Shown one piece after another: positions 9,605 through 18,157 of a DNA stretch of 64,000 nucleotides. Both the position numbers and the translations under genes were made by a program. The notes under the pieces were generated by a model. The model was not told the DNA's origin, did no database searches, and saw nothing but the letters and a program-made list of their open reading frames with translations. Source of the DNA: Spirochaetia bacterium. Lineage in GTDB: Bacteria > Spirochaetota > Spirochaetia > SZUA-6 > Bin103. Where the stretch lies: positions 2,752,001 to 2,816,000 of the forward strand of contig CBDBDQ010000005.1 of the NCBI GenBank assembly GCA_965203905.1. The letters are read 5' to 3'. The first letter of the stretch is position 1; each line of letters opens with the position of its first letter.

Positions 9605-9976
9605 ATGAGCGGCGACACCATCGCGGTGCTGGGCGTCGGAGTGACGCTGCTGGGGGCGATCCTGACGTTCGGCTTCGCGGTGCTGGGCGCGCACCGCACG
9701 ACGCAGGCTATCCTGAACGCCCGCATGGACCGCATGGATCAGCGCATGGGCCGCATGGATCAGCGCATGGACCGCATGGATCAACGCTTCGACCGCGTGG
9801 AAGGGCTGTTGAACGATCTGCGGCGAGACGTGACGGATATCGACCGCCGCCTGTCGCGCATCGAAGGAGCGGTGTTGGGGCCGTGGCGCCCCGAGCCGCC
9901 TACAGAGCCGCCGCCGGAGCGGGAAGCGCGCCAGGAGCCGGTGCCGGCGGCCGGCACCGGCAGCCCCCGGCAATAG
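9605..9976 (+). CDS. Small membrane-anchored coiled-coil protein with heptad repeats
   Basis: GAGGTGA Shine-Dalgarno, N-terminal TM helix, (RMDRMDQ)n heptads, Pro/Glu-rich tail. Confidence 0.75.
   Translation: MSGDTIAVLGVGVTLLGAILTFGFAVLGAHRTTQAILNARMDRMDQRMGRMDQRMDRMDQRFDRVEGLLNDLRRDVTDIDRRLSRIEGAVLGPWRPEPPTEPPPEREARQEPVPAAGTGSPRQ
9722..9805 (+). repeat. 21-bp tandem repeat, 3 units plus 1 degenerate
   Basis: Unit CGCATGGACCGCATGGATCAG. Confidence 0.9.
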
Positions 9977-10052
9977 ACCGCAAGGGAGCACGCATGGCGG
10001 CGGACGACACCGCCGCCGCCGAACCGATTTTTCCGCATCACCGGGCGCACCG

Positions 10053-10150
10053 GCCCTGACAGGGCAGTTGGCGGAAAGCTGGTCGCAGCTCGACCCGCTG
10101 ACGTCTTTCGTCCAAGTTCGCCAGGGCGTTCACTGGCTGATAAGCCCCCA
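10053..10150 (+). pseudogene. Fragment of a fourth Dpp-type SBP paralog
   Basis: Translates ALTGQLAESWSQLDPLTSFVQVRQGVHW-(frameshift)-DKPP; compare LSGRLAESWEQPD...RQGVHWHDKPP at ~14463..14557. Confidence 0.8.
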
Positions 10151-10230
10151 GTATTAAGGTTAAGGGATATGCGGATACGACACCTTGTGGGCTGCCAGAG
10201 CCGCGTGGCGCTGCGCTCGCTGTGACGGGA

Positions 10231-11643
10231 TCAGGCCATTCCGGCTGGAGCGTCGTGCGGCTGAGCGAGCAGGTCTTCGAGGAAGCACATGGTCTTCAGT
10301 ACGCCAACGTCGTCGCGCTGGTTACCGATGATCTGCAGGCCGATCGGCAGGCCGAGTCCGGTCTTGCCGACGCACACGGTACCCGCCGGGTTGCGCGTCA
10401 TGTTGATACCGTACGTGAAAGCGACCCAGCCGTCCGTCTCTTTGCCGTTGATCGTGCCGGAGGCCGAACCGGCCTTGGGAGTCTGGCCGCACGTGGTCGG
10501 CGTGAGGATGAAGTCTCCTGCCTGGAACGCGTCGACCAGCTTGGCGTTCAGATAGTGACAGGCATCGAGCGCCCGGGCGTAATCGACTCCGCTGACGTTT
10601 TCCATGCCGTGCTCGATCTGAGGTTTGAGCCCCTCGTCGATCTGGTCCCATTGCGGTGTGCCGCGCAGATCACCCTGAACTCGCGCACGGGATGCGGACC
10701 AGAACTGGTACCATGGTCCGCGGGGATCCTCTTCCCAGATGGTCTCACGCATGACCACGTCGACACCTGCGCCTCGGAGAGCCGAAATGGCCGCTTCGCA
10801 CTGCTGCATGATCTCCGAGTCGACCGTGGCGAATCCCATCGTCGGCGACCAGACGACGCGCCGCGGCCTGTTGTGCCGGTTCAGTGCGGTACGCCAGGAT
10901 TCGGCCGGCCGGGGCATCGAAAAGATGTCGGTCGGTTCGTGCTCCAGGACGGCATCCAGCGTATAGGCGACGTCACGAACCCGAAGTGCCATCGGCCCCT
11001 TGACGCTCAGGATCCCCGATCCGGGTGGGGACTTGCCACCGGCCGGCACCCGCCCCTGGCTTGGCTTGATGCCGCTGAATCCGCAGACCGACGCAGGAAT
11101 GCGAATGGAACCTCCGCCATCCGATCCGGTGCCCAGCGGGATCATGCCCGAGGCGAGCGCCGCCGCCGTTCCACCAGATGAACCTCCCGGACTGTAATCC
11201 GGGTTCCAGGGATTGCGCGTCGCCCCGAATGGCCGGTTGTCGGTCACTCCCTTGAAACCGAACTCGGGTGTGTTCGTCTTGCCCAGGATCACGCAACCAG
11301 CCTCGCGCAGCAGCGCGACCAGAACCGAGTCGTGTTGTGCGGGTGCGTCGTTGGCGTGCAGTTCGGCGCCGTAGGTCGTGACGAATCCGCGCGCATCCTC
11401 GAGATCCTTGACGCCTATCGGAATGCCGGCCAGCGGCCCTACCGGATCACCGTGCTTCAGGCGCGCATCGATCGCGTCGGCTTGCGCCAATGCATCCTCG
11501 AAGTTCACCGCGCAGAACGCGTTCAGCCGCGGGTTCAACGACTCGATGTTGCCGATTGCGGCTTGCGTCAAGTCACGAGCTGAGACCCGTCGCGAAAACA
11601 CGGCACCGACGAGTTGCTCAACCGTCGTCTCACGAAAGTCCAT
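10231..11643 (-). CDS. Amidase signature family enzyme
   Basis: GIPIGVKDL, GKTNTPEF, GGSSGG, GSDGGGSIRIPAS. Confidence 0.95.
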   Translation of the reverse strand: MDFRETTVEQLVGAVFSRRVSARDLTQAAIGNIESLNPRLNAFCAVNFEDALAQADAIDARLKHGDPVGPLAGIPIGVKDLEDARGFVTTYGAELHANDAPAQHDSVLVALLREAGCVILGKTNTPEFGFKGVTDNRPFGATRNPWNPDYSPGGSSGGTAAALASGMIPLGTGSDGGGSIRIPASVCGFSGIKPSQGRVPAGGKSPPGSGILSVKGPMALRVRDVAYTLDAVLEHEPTDIFSMPRPAESWRTALNRHNRPRRVVWSPTMGFATVDSEIMQQCEAAISALRGAGVDVVMRETIWEEDPRGPWYQFWSASRARVQGDLRGTPQWDQIDEGLKPQIEHGMENVSGVDYARALDACHYLNAKLVDAFQAGDFILTPTTCGQTPKAGSASGTINGKETDGWVAFTYGINMTRNPAGTVCVGKTGLGLPIGLQIIGNQRDDVGVLKTMCFLEDLLAQPHDAPAGMA

Positions 11644-11717
11644 GCAGGAGGAACCTCCGGCTTCCTCGCGGCTTTGTCAACGCACGTGGCGCCCACGGCG
11701 CCCCACGCGCCCAGGAC

Positions 11718-11850
11718 CTACCGGAACGCGGCGTAGTCCGGGCCGAGGAAGCCGGCGGCGATCTTGAGCTTAAGTACTTCGTCGGTACCCTCGTAGATGC
11801 GGCACACGCGCACGTCCTTGAGGTGGCGGCTGGGCCGGTAGATCGGGGGG
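11718..11850 (-). pseudogene. Acyl-CoA dehydrogenase C-terminal fragment
   Basis: Translates YRPSRHLKDVRVCRIYEGTDEVLKLKIAAGFLGPDYAAFR*, with the IYEGT motif. Confidence 0.8.
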
Positions 11851-11894
11851 AAACCACCGTGGTGGTGATGTAGCGGGCGAGATCAGCCGCCGTG

Positions 11895-11996
11895 GACAGG
11901 GAAGAGGTTTATCGAACCGCCGTCTTGCGTCAGCCGAAACGATCCGCAGTGATTTACACGGGAGAGATTCCTGATGGAACGGCCGTTGTCTTGTGA
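11895..11996 (+). pseudogene. C-terminal remnant of the small partner gene upstream of the aspartyl protease
   Basis: DREEVYRTAVLRQPKRSAVIYTGEIPDGTAVVL*; its stop overlaps the protease GTG start (GTGA). Confidence 0.55.
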
Positions 11997-12315
11997 ACCC
12001 GGTGTCGAGCGGTTACGCGTTTGATCCGCTCCAGGGGCTTGTCGTAGTTCAAGCCGAGGTATTCGGCCGGCGGGGGAGTATCGTGCTGCAGCTCGCCCTG
12101 GACACCGGCGCTACTGGAACCATGATCAACGTCGGACCGCTTGCAGCCGTAGGGTATGACCCGTCGTTGCAGACTGAACGGATCCAGGTCACGACTGGAA
12201 GCGGCGTAGAATAGAATATGCTCCGAGGATCTCTGTCGTCCGCATGAAGGCGATTGGTCACGAGCGGACGAACTTTCCGGTCCTCGCTCATACTCTGCCT
12301 CCAAGCACGAGCGTC
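11993..12315 (+). pseudogene. Retropepsin-like (clan AA) aspartyl protease, frameshifted and truncated
   Basis: LALDTGA catalytic motif. A TAGAA duplication at 12207..12216 creates a stop; the sequence resumes YAPRISVV...HTLPPSTSV and lacks the GLLG motif. Confidence 0.8.
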
Positions 12316-12412
12316 CTCGCCCACCACCATGGCCGCGGCCTCGGCAGCCTGACCTGCGCCGGGTGCAGGTACACCGACTCGTCGGCCTGCATGATGCGCC
12401 GCGGTTCCCCGC
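12312..12412 (-). pseudogene. Internal fragment of a uma2 paralog
   Basis: Highly similar to 4058..4156 (GEPRRIMQADESVYLHP). Confidence 0.9.
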
Positions 12413-12556
12413 TATGGAACAACTCATCGTTGAACGTGCATGCGCTCGACGGCTGCGCCGGCATCACGCAGGTGCGGGTCGCAACAGCAAGGCGGCCGAG
12501 CTTCCAACATCTCATCGTTTAGAAGCGTCGGCGAACCATACCCCGTAGAACAGGGT

Positions 12557-13540
12557 ATGGCCGGCGAGATCTCCAAGCCCCACGATCACCTGTTTCGCTC
12601 CGTATTCGGAGAAGACAAGGAAGCCGAGGCGGCCAGCCTGCTGCAGGCCTGCCTGCCGCCGGCGGTCAGCCGCGAATTGCTGTGGTCGAGCCTCAAGTGG
12701 CAGTCTGTGAGCTTCATCGACGACCGCCTGCGCGACAGCGAATCGGACCTGCTGTACGCGATCCGTCGCACCGCCGACGGCGCCTCGGCGTGGCTGTACG
12801 TGCTGCTGGAGCACCAGTCGACCCCGGACCCGTGGTTGCGGCTGCGGCTGCTGAAGTACAGCATCCGGATCTGGGAACGCGATCGGCAGCGGCATCCGCA
12901 GGAGCAACAGTTGCGCCCGATCGTGCCGCTGGTGCTGTATCAGGGCGGGCGCGTGTGGCGTGAAGCGCGTGAGTTCGCGGAGCTGTTTTCCGAGGTGGTG
13001 CGGGATTGGCCGGGAGTGCCGCGCTACGCGCACCTGTTGATCGATCAGACGCAGGCCGGACCGGAGGAGTTGCGCGGGGAGCTGCTCGGTCGCATCGCGC
13101 AACTGGCGATGATGGCGGCGTACCGGGCGAGCTGGCCGGTGTTGCAGCGGCTGGTGCCGCTGCTGGCGGAGTTGGCGCAGGCAGGCGGCAGCGAAGACCT
13201 GCAGCGGATCGTGGTGTACATTGCGGCCACGACACGGGAGCCGAAGCGCTGGCACCGATTCGCGGAGGCAGTCCGTCGCCAGGTGCCGGGAGGTGGAGAA
13301 CTGATGAACAAGACCGAGGAGATGATCGAGATATACGGCGACATGAGGGAGCGTGAGGGCCGCCAGGAAGGCCGCCAGGAAGGCGAGTTACGCGGCAAGG
13401 TGCAGACCATCGAGGGTCTCGTGGGACGCGATGTCCCCTGGTCCATCATCGAAGCGGCCACCGGAATCGACCAGGCCACCTTCGACCGGCTCAAGCGCCA
13501 ACTCGACACCGCTGACGGCAGCGCCACCCACTCCAACTAA
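12557..13540 (+). CDS. Rpn/YhgA-family (Transposase_31) PD-(D/E)XK nuclease
   Basis: KPHDHLFR, SFIDDRLR..SDLLY, YVLLEHQSTPD, PIVPLVLYQG and EGRQEG repeats. Confidence 0.92.
   Translation: MAGEISKPHDHLFRSVFGEDKEAEAASLLQACLPPAVSRELLWSSLKWQSVSFIDDRLRDSESDLLYAIRRTADGASAWLYVLLEHQSTPDPWLRLRLLKYSIRIWERDRQRHPQEQQLRPIVPLVLYQGGRVWREAREFAELFSEVVRDWPGVPRYAHLLIDQTQAGPEELRGELLGRIAQLAMMAAYRASWPVLQRLVPLLAELAQAGGSEDLQRIVVYIAATTREPKRWHRFAEAVRRQVPGGGELMNKTEEMIEIYGDMREREGRQEGRQEGELRGKVQTIEGLVGRDVPWSIIEAATGIDQATFDRLKRQLDTADGSATHSN
13304..13540 (+). CDS. Putative intragenic RpnS antitoxin (78 aa, in frame with Rpn)
   Basis: GGAGGTGGAG Shine-Dalgarno just upstream of the in-frame ATG 13304, at the start of the C-terminal domain. 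Confidence 0.6.
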   Translation: MNKTEEMIEIYGDMREREGRQEGRQEGELRGKVQTIEGLVGRDVPWSIIEAATGIDQATFDRLKRQLDTADGSATHSN

Positions 13541-13565
13541 ACCACGCCCCCGCTGTCCCTGGCTT

Positions 13566-14123
13566 CCGGATGGCGGTGCTTCGGTGCCGGCGATGGCGCC
13601 AGCGCACCCCATCTCGCGCGCGTATTGAAACTGAACGTTCCAGATCAGCCGGGAGCCGGCAACGCATCGAAAAAACGTGAGATTGACAGTGCACGGCGGG
13701 CGGTGCATAGTAGAGCGCTCAGGGATTCTTGGCTCATGCCGACGACGCTCGACCATAGCACTCAGCGCTGTCACCCAGTTGACGCAGTTGGTTACTTCGC
13801 CCCCACCCACCCGGCCCCCACTTTTTCGAACCGAGAACAACTAACCGCTCCGGCTGATCGCCCCGTACGCGACCCCGCGCACGCCGTCGCGTTCACTACC
13901 GCCGTACCTGTCGGTGGCGCCGGCTACGGAAAACGGCAGTGCAAGGTGGTACTCAAAGAACCGCACGCACGCGCGGCGTGAGCCGGGGTGAACCCGACGA
14001 GTTACACGCCGCGCGCTTCTGAGAACCTGACTCAAACTGGCAGCCCGCGTTGCGGCCCGAGAGTAGCCAGGAGGCGGCAATCCGCTGCGCAATACTCTCG
14101 AAAATCTACATACGGAGTTACGT
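13566..14123 (+). repeat. Duplicated promoter plus long leader, copy 2 (includes the decayed uma2 5' end)
   Basis: Homologous to 4429..5081; promoter TTGACA-N17-CATAGT at 13683..13711. Confidence 0.85.
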
Positions 14124-15917
14124 ATGAATACTGTCACAATCACCCGGGCCTTTGCGGTTGCGTTGGCCCTGGTCCTGAGCGCAAACAGCGTGTGGGCCAC
14201 TGGCGCGGAAGAGGCGCCGGCAGCCGCGGCCGAGAAGCAGTACGTGACCGACCCCACCACCGGCAAGGTGGTGGTGGCGCCACAGTACGGCGGGACGATA
14301 ACCTTCGTCGACAACGGTTCGGCGGGTACGGTCACCGACTACTACGTGAGTGGGGCTGGCCCGAAGAACGTCCAGCTCTTCATGGAGAAGCTGGGTATCG
14401 CGAACTGGGCAATAGATCGGGACGTATGGCCCTATAACACACAGCACATCCCTGACTTTGCCTTGTCAGGGCGGCTGGCCGAAAGCTGGGAGCAACCCGA
14501 CCTGGACACTATTATCTTCAAGATCCGGCAGGGCGTTCACTGGCATGACAAGCCACCGATGAACGGTCGGGAGTTGACCGCCGCGGATGTCGAATGGAGC
14601 TTTCATCGCCTGTTGGGACTGGGCAGCGGCTTCACCGAACCCGCCCCAACGGTCTGGGCTCTGCCCCAATTCAGAACCAAGTCGGTAACAGCCACCGACC
14701 AGTATACGGTTGTCTTTGAGCTGGATCCGCCAGCCCCCTGGGCGCTGAATCGGATCCTCCGTGGAGATAACACCGCCATACTGCCGCGCGAGGTAATCGA
14801 GCAACACGGCGACTATAATGACTGGCGGAACGTGGTCGGCACCGGACCCTTCATGCTGACTGACCACGTCGAGGGCACCTCTTGGACCTACGTCAAGAAT
14901 CCCGACTACTGGGGTTACGACGAAAAGTACCCGGAGAACCGGCTGCCCTATGTTGACGAGATACAACGCCTGATATCGAAGGAACAAGCGACCATTCTGG
15001 CGATGATGCGCACCGGAAAGGCTGATTACATCGGTTACGGCGGCGACACGCAAATCACTTCTATCGACGCGGCAACAACCCTGCAGGAGACCAACCCGGA
15101 CCTGAACCTGTGGCCATATTCATACCGTGCGGAGACGGCGATGGCCTTCAACACGCAGATCTCGCCCTGGAACGACATCAGGGTGCGCCGCGCAATACAG
15201 ATGGCGATCGACCTTGAGACGATCAACCGGACCTACCACCAGGGTTGGGCAAATCCGACGGCGGCAGCGGCTCTAGGGGACGCCATGGTCGGGTATGTCA
15301 CCCCATTTGAAGAGTGGCCCGACGATCTCAAGGAATACTATACCTATGACTCGGAACGGGCGGAAGCTTTGCTTGACGAGGCTGGCTATCCGCGCGGCGC
15401 CGACGGCATTCGATTCGAAACCGTCTATGGCCACCTGGACCGCGGCGACTTCGATTTGGACTATTTCCAGATAGTCATGGAATACTTGCGTGCCATTGGT
15501 ATTGATATAGAGGTGGAGAAGATCCCGGTAGCGCAGTGGGGGTCTTATGTAAGGGATTCCCGGGGGGAGGGTCTGTTTCTCAACGTACACAACACCGACT
15601 ATATCACTGGCCTAGACAGCTTCTATTCGACCGGATACAACCCGTCCAACGTCAATGACCCGGCTTTTGACGCCATAATGGACGCCTTCCGCGCCGCTAC
15701 TGCGACCGAGGAGCAGCAGAGGCTCGCGAGGGAGGCAGTTATGTACATCGCGGAGCAGCACTGGACCATAGCGGGACCGAGAGTCCCCAGTTTCATGGTC
15801 ACCCAGCCGTGGCTGGTGGGTTACAGCGGCGAAGTCGAGCTGGGGGAAATGGACCGTGCGATCATACTTTCGCGCCTCTGGATTGACCAGGATCTGAAGG
15901 CGGAAATGGGCTTCTGA
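14124..15917 (+). CDS. Dpp/Opp-family solute-binding protein, cassette 3
   Basis: Signal peptide, PQYGG, GRLAESW, VGTGPF. Confidence 0.95.
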   Translation: MNTVTITRAFAVALALVLSANSVWATGAEEAPAAAAEKQYVTDPTTGKVVVAPQYGGTITFVDNGSAGTVTDYYVSGAGPKNVQLFMEKLGIANWAIDRDVWPYNTQHIPDFALSGRLAESWEQPDLDTIIFKIRQGVHWHDKPPMNGRELTAADVEWSFHRLLGLGSGFTEPAPTVWALPQFRTKSVTATDQYTVVFELDPPAPWALNRILRGDNTAILPREVIEQHGDYNDWRNVVGTGPFMLTDHVEGTSWTYVKNPDYWGYDEKYPENRLPYVDEIQRLISKEQATILAMMRTGKADYIGYGGDTQITSIDAATTLQETNPDLNLWPYSYRAETAMAFNTQISPWNDIRVRRAIQMAIDLETINRTYHQGWANPTAAAALGDAMVGYVTPFEEWPDDLKEYYTYDSERAEALLDEAGYPRGADGIRFETVYGHLDRGDFDLDYFQIVMEYLRAIGIDIEVEKIPVAQWGSYVRDSRGEGLFLNVHNTDYITGLDSFYSTGYNPSNVNDPAFDAIMDAFRAATATEEQQRLAREAVMYIAEQHWTIAGPRVPSFMVTQPWLVGYSGEVELGEMDRAIILSRLWIDQDLKAEMGF

Positions 15918-16061
15918 GGCACTCGCCGTAGGCGATCTGCAGTGGATCCCGCTCTTGGGTGGGGTCCACGAATCCGACTACGTCGGCACGGTCACTCCGT
16001 GACAGGAAGACCATGAACGGCGATGCGCAGGTATCGCCCGCCGGTCAGCTTTTTTGGACCA

Positions 16062-16091
16062 GGCGCCGGGAGCCTTGAGCTTCCCGGCGCC
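16062..16091 (+). terminator. Stem-loop before permease 3
   Basis: GGCGCCGGGAGC-CTTGA-GCTTCCCGGCGCC. Confidence 0.55.
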
Positions 16092-16110
16092 GCCCGTTTT
16101 ACACGAAGAT

Positions 16111-17067
16111 ATGAGAGCCTACATCATCCGGCGGCTGCTGCTGGTCATCCCCACCCTGCTCATATTGAGCATCCTCGTCTTTCTCTCGGTCCGCTTCATC
16201 CCCGGCGACGTAATAGATGCGATGTTTGGTGACCTGCAATACATGGGTGCGGGTATCGACCGTGCAGCGTTCGAGCGCCGGCTGGGACTCGACGTGCCTG
16301 TCTACGTGCAGTATGGACGCTGGCTAGGGGGTGTTTTCCTGCACGGCACGCTGGGCGAATCACTGATGTACGGTTGGCCGGTAGAGGAGAAGTTGCTCGG
16401 CAGATTGCCGTTGACCATTCAGCTTGGCGTCATGGCAATCGTGATCGGGCTGTTGATCGCCCTCCCCGTCGGCATCTACTCGGCGATTCGCCAGGATACG
16501 GCCGCCGACTACCTGGGGCGCTCCATCGCCATCGTCGGCCTGGCTACGCCGAACTTCTGGCTCGGACTCATGGTCATGCTGTTCCCGGCACTCTGGTGGG
16601 GCTGGTCGCCACCGGTGTTGTGGGTTCCGTTCGCCGAAGACCCGCTGGGGAACCTGGGGGTGCTCCTCATTCCCAGCCTGATCTTGGGGACGGCCTCGGC
16701 TGCAGCCACCATGCGGATGACGCGCACCATGATGCTGGAGGTGCTGCGGCAGGATTTTGTCAGGACCGCCTGGTCCAAGGGACTGAGGGAGCGGGTCGTG
16801 GTCATGCGGCACGCCATCAAGAATGCCCTCATCCCGGTTGTCACGCTGATCGGTCTGCAGTTGCCGATCCTGGTGGGGGGCGCCGTGATCATGGAGAACA
16901 TATTCAACCTGCCGGGGCTCGGGCGTCTCATGGTGCTGGCCCTCGAGCAGAGGGACTACCCGGTGGTCTCCGGGGTAAACTTGTTGTTCGGCACCGCGGT
17001 GGTGCTGTTCAATCTCCTGATCGACCTGATTTACCCCTTCTTTGATCCAAGAGTCCGCTATGAATGA
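16111..17067 (+). CDS. ABC permease, DppB type
   Basis: MRAYIIRRLL start; paralog of the two dppB genes above. Confidence 0.95.
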   Translation: MRAYIIRRLLLVIPTLLILSILVFLSVRFIPGDVIDAMFGDLQYMGAGIDRAAFERRLGLDVPVYVQYGRWLGGVFLHGTLGESLMYGWPVEEKLLGRLPLTIQLGVMAIVIGLLIALPVGIYSAIRQDTAADYLGRSIAIVGLATPNFWLGLMVMLFPALWWGWSPPVLWVPFAEDPLGNLGVLLIPSLILGTASAAATMRMTRTMMLEVLRQDFVRTAWSKGLRERVVVMRHAIKNALIPVVTLIGLQLPILVGGAVIMENIFNLPGLGRLMVLALEQRDYPVVSGVNLLFGTAVVLFNLLIDLIYPFFDPRVRYE

Positions 17068-17986
17068 GGGTGCGCCGACAACGGCAAGCGAGCCGAGGAG
17101 ACATACCGGTCTGGGCGGTTTCTTTAGCAGGCTGTGGAGAGAGAAGCCGCTCGGCAGTGCCTGCGGGATCGTCGTATTGCTGCTGATTGTGGTGGCTGTC
17201 TTCGCCGATGTTCTGGCCCCCTATGGTTATACGGAAATACACTTGGCAGACCGGCTGCAGGGCGCATCAGCCCGGTATCTGCTGGGTACCGACCAGTTGG
17301 GGCGAGACTACTTGAGCCGCCTCATCTACGGGGCCCGTCTTTCGATGCTTGTCGGGCTGTCCGCGACCACGCTCAATGTCGTCGTCGCCGTCCTCGTCGG
17401 CGGCATTTCCGGATTCCTCGGTGGTAAGCTGGACCTGGGTGTGCAGAGATTCGTCGATGCCTGGATGGCTTTTCCGGGACTGCTCCTGCTGCTGACCATC
17501 ATGTCCATATTGGGGCAGGGGGTGCCCCAGATGATCCTGGTCCTGGGGATATCAGGAGGCATCGGTGGCTCGAGAGTAGTCCGAGGCGCCGTTATCGCCG
17601 TAAAGGAAAATGACTATTTTCAGGCGGCGGCGTCGATCGGCTCGGCAAGATGGAGGGCATTTACCCGCCACGTCCTGCCCAATATCGGGGCGCCTCTGAT
17701 CATCATCTTCAGCATCAACATCGGCGGGGCGATCATGAGTGAGGCTTCGCTGAGCTTCCTCGGATTCGGTCTGCCTCCCGAGTTTCCCAGCTGGGGTACT
17801 CTGCTGAGCTGGGAAGGCCGGCGGTACATGGAGCAGGCGCCATGGCTTGCACTCTGGCCAGGTCTCTGCCTGACCCTCGTCGTGTACAGTCTGAACATGT
17901 TCGGTGATGCCATGCGCGACCTGCTCGACCCGCGGCTCAGAGGCGGCGGCGGGCGGCTGGGTGCCAACGCCGCCACGTCGGTTTAG
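17060..17986 (+). CDS. ABC permease, DppC type
   Basis: Paralog of the two dppC genes above; overlaps the dppB stop. Confidence 0.95.
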   Translation: MNEGAPTTASEPRRHTGLGGFFSRLWREKPLGSACGIVVLLLIVVAVFADVLAPYGYTEIHLADRLQGASARYLLGTDQLGRDYLSRLIYGARLSMLVGLSATTLNVVVAVLVGGISGFLGGKLDLGVQRFVDAWMAFPGLLLLLTIMSILGQGVPQMILVLGISGGIGGSRVVRGAVIAVKENDYFQAAASIGSARWRAFTRHVLPNIGAPLIIIFSINIGGAIMSEASLSFLGFGLPPEFPSWGTLLSWEGRRYMEQAPWLALWPGLCLTLVVYSLNMFGDAMRDLLDPRLRGGGGRLGANAATSV

Positions 17987-18148
17987 CAGCCCGTGATGGA
18001 ACCCGGCGTCGCACCGAGAGCGGCGAGGCGCCCGGCTGGCAAGGCGCGACGACCGAGCATATCAGGGCATATGTGAGCGAGGAGCAACGCAGCCAGCCGG
18101 GATGGATCGCTGCTCGAATGCAGCCGGTGTTTCGCCACGGGCTGCTAG
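17984..18148. mobile_element. MITE or long palindromic repeat with 12-bp terminal inverted repeats
   Basis: TAGCAGCCCGTG (17984..17995) / CACGGGCTGCTA (18136..18147); internal CCCGGCTGGC/GCCAGCCGGG and CATAT/ATATG arms. Confidence 0.75.
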
Positions 18149-18157
18149 TGTGGAGTG

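Noticed and set aside
9722-9805. Tandem repeat as a CRISPR array
   Set aside because: No spacers, an in-frame coding heptad, and no cas genes.
13942-13965. AAGGTGGTAC resembling a T-box antiterminator
   Set aside because: The homologous site in copy 1 is AAATGATAC (no UGGN), and no Stem I or U-tailed terminator is evident.
5082-15917. Diversity-generating retroelement explaining SBP variation
   Set aside because: No reverse transcriptase and no TR/VR pair with adenine-specific mismatches.
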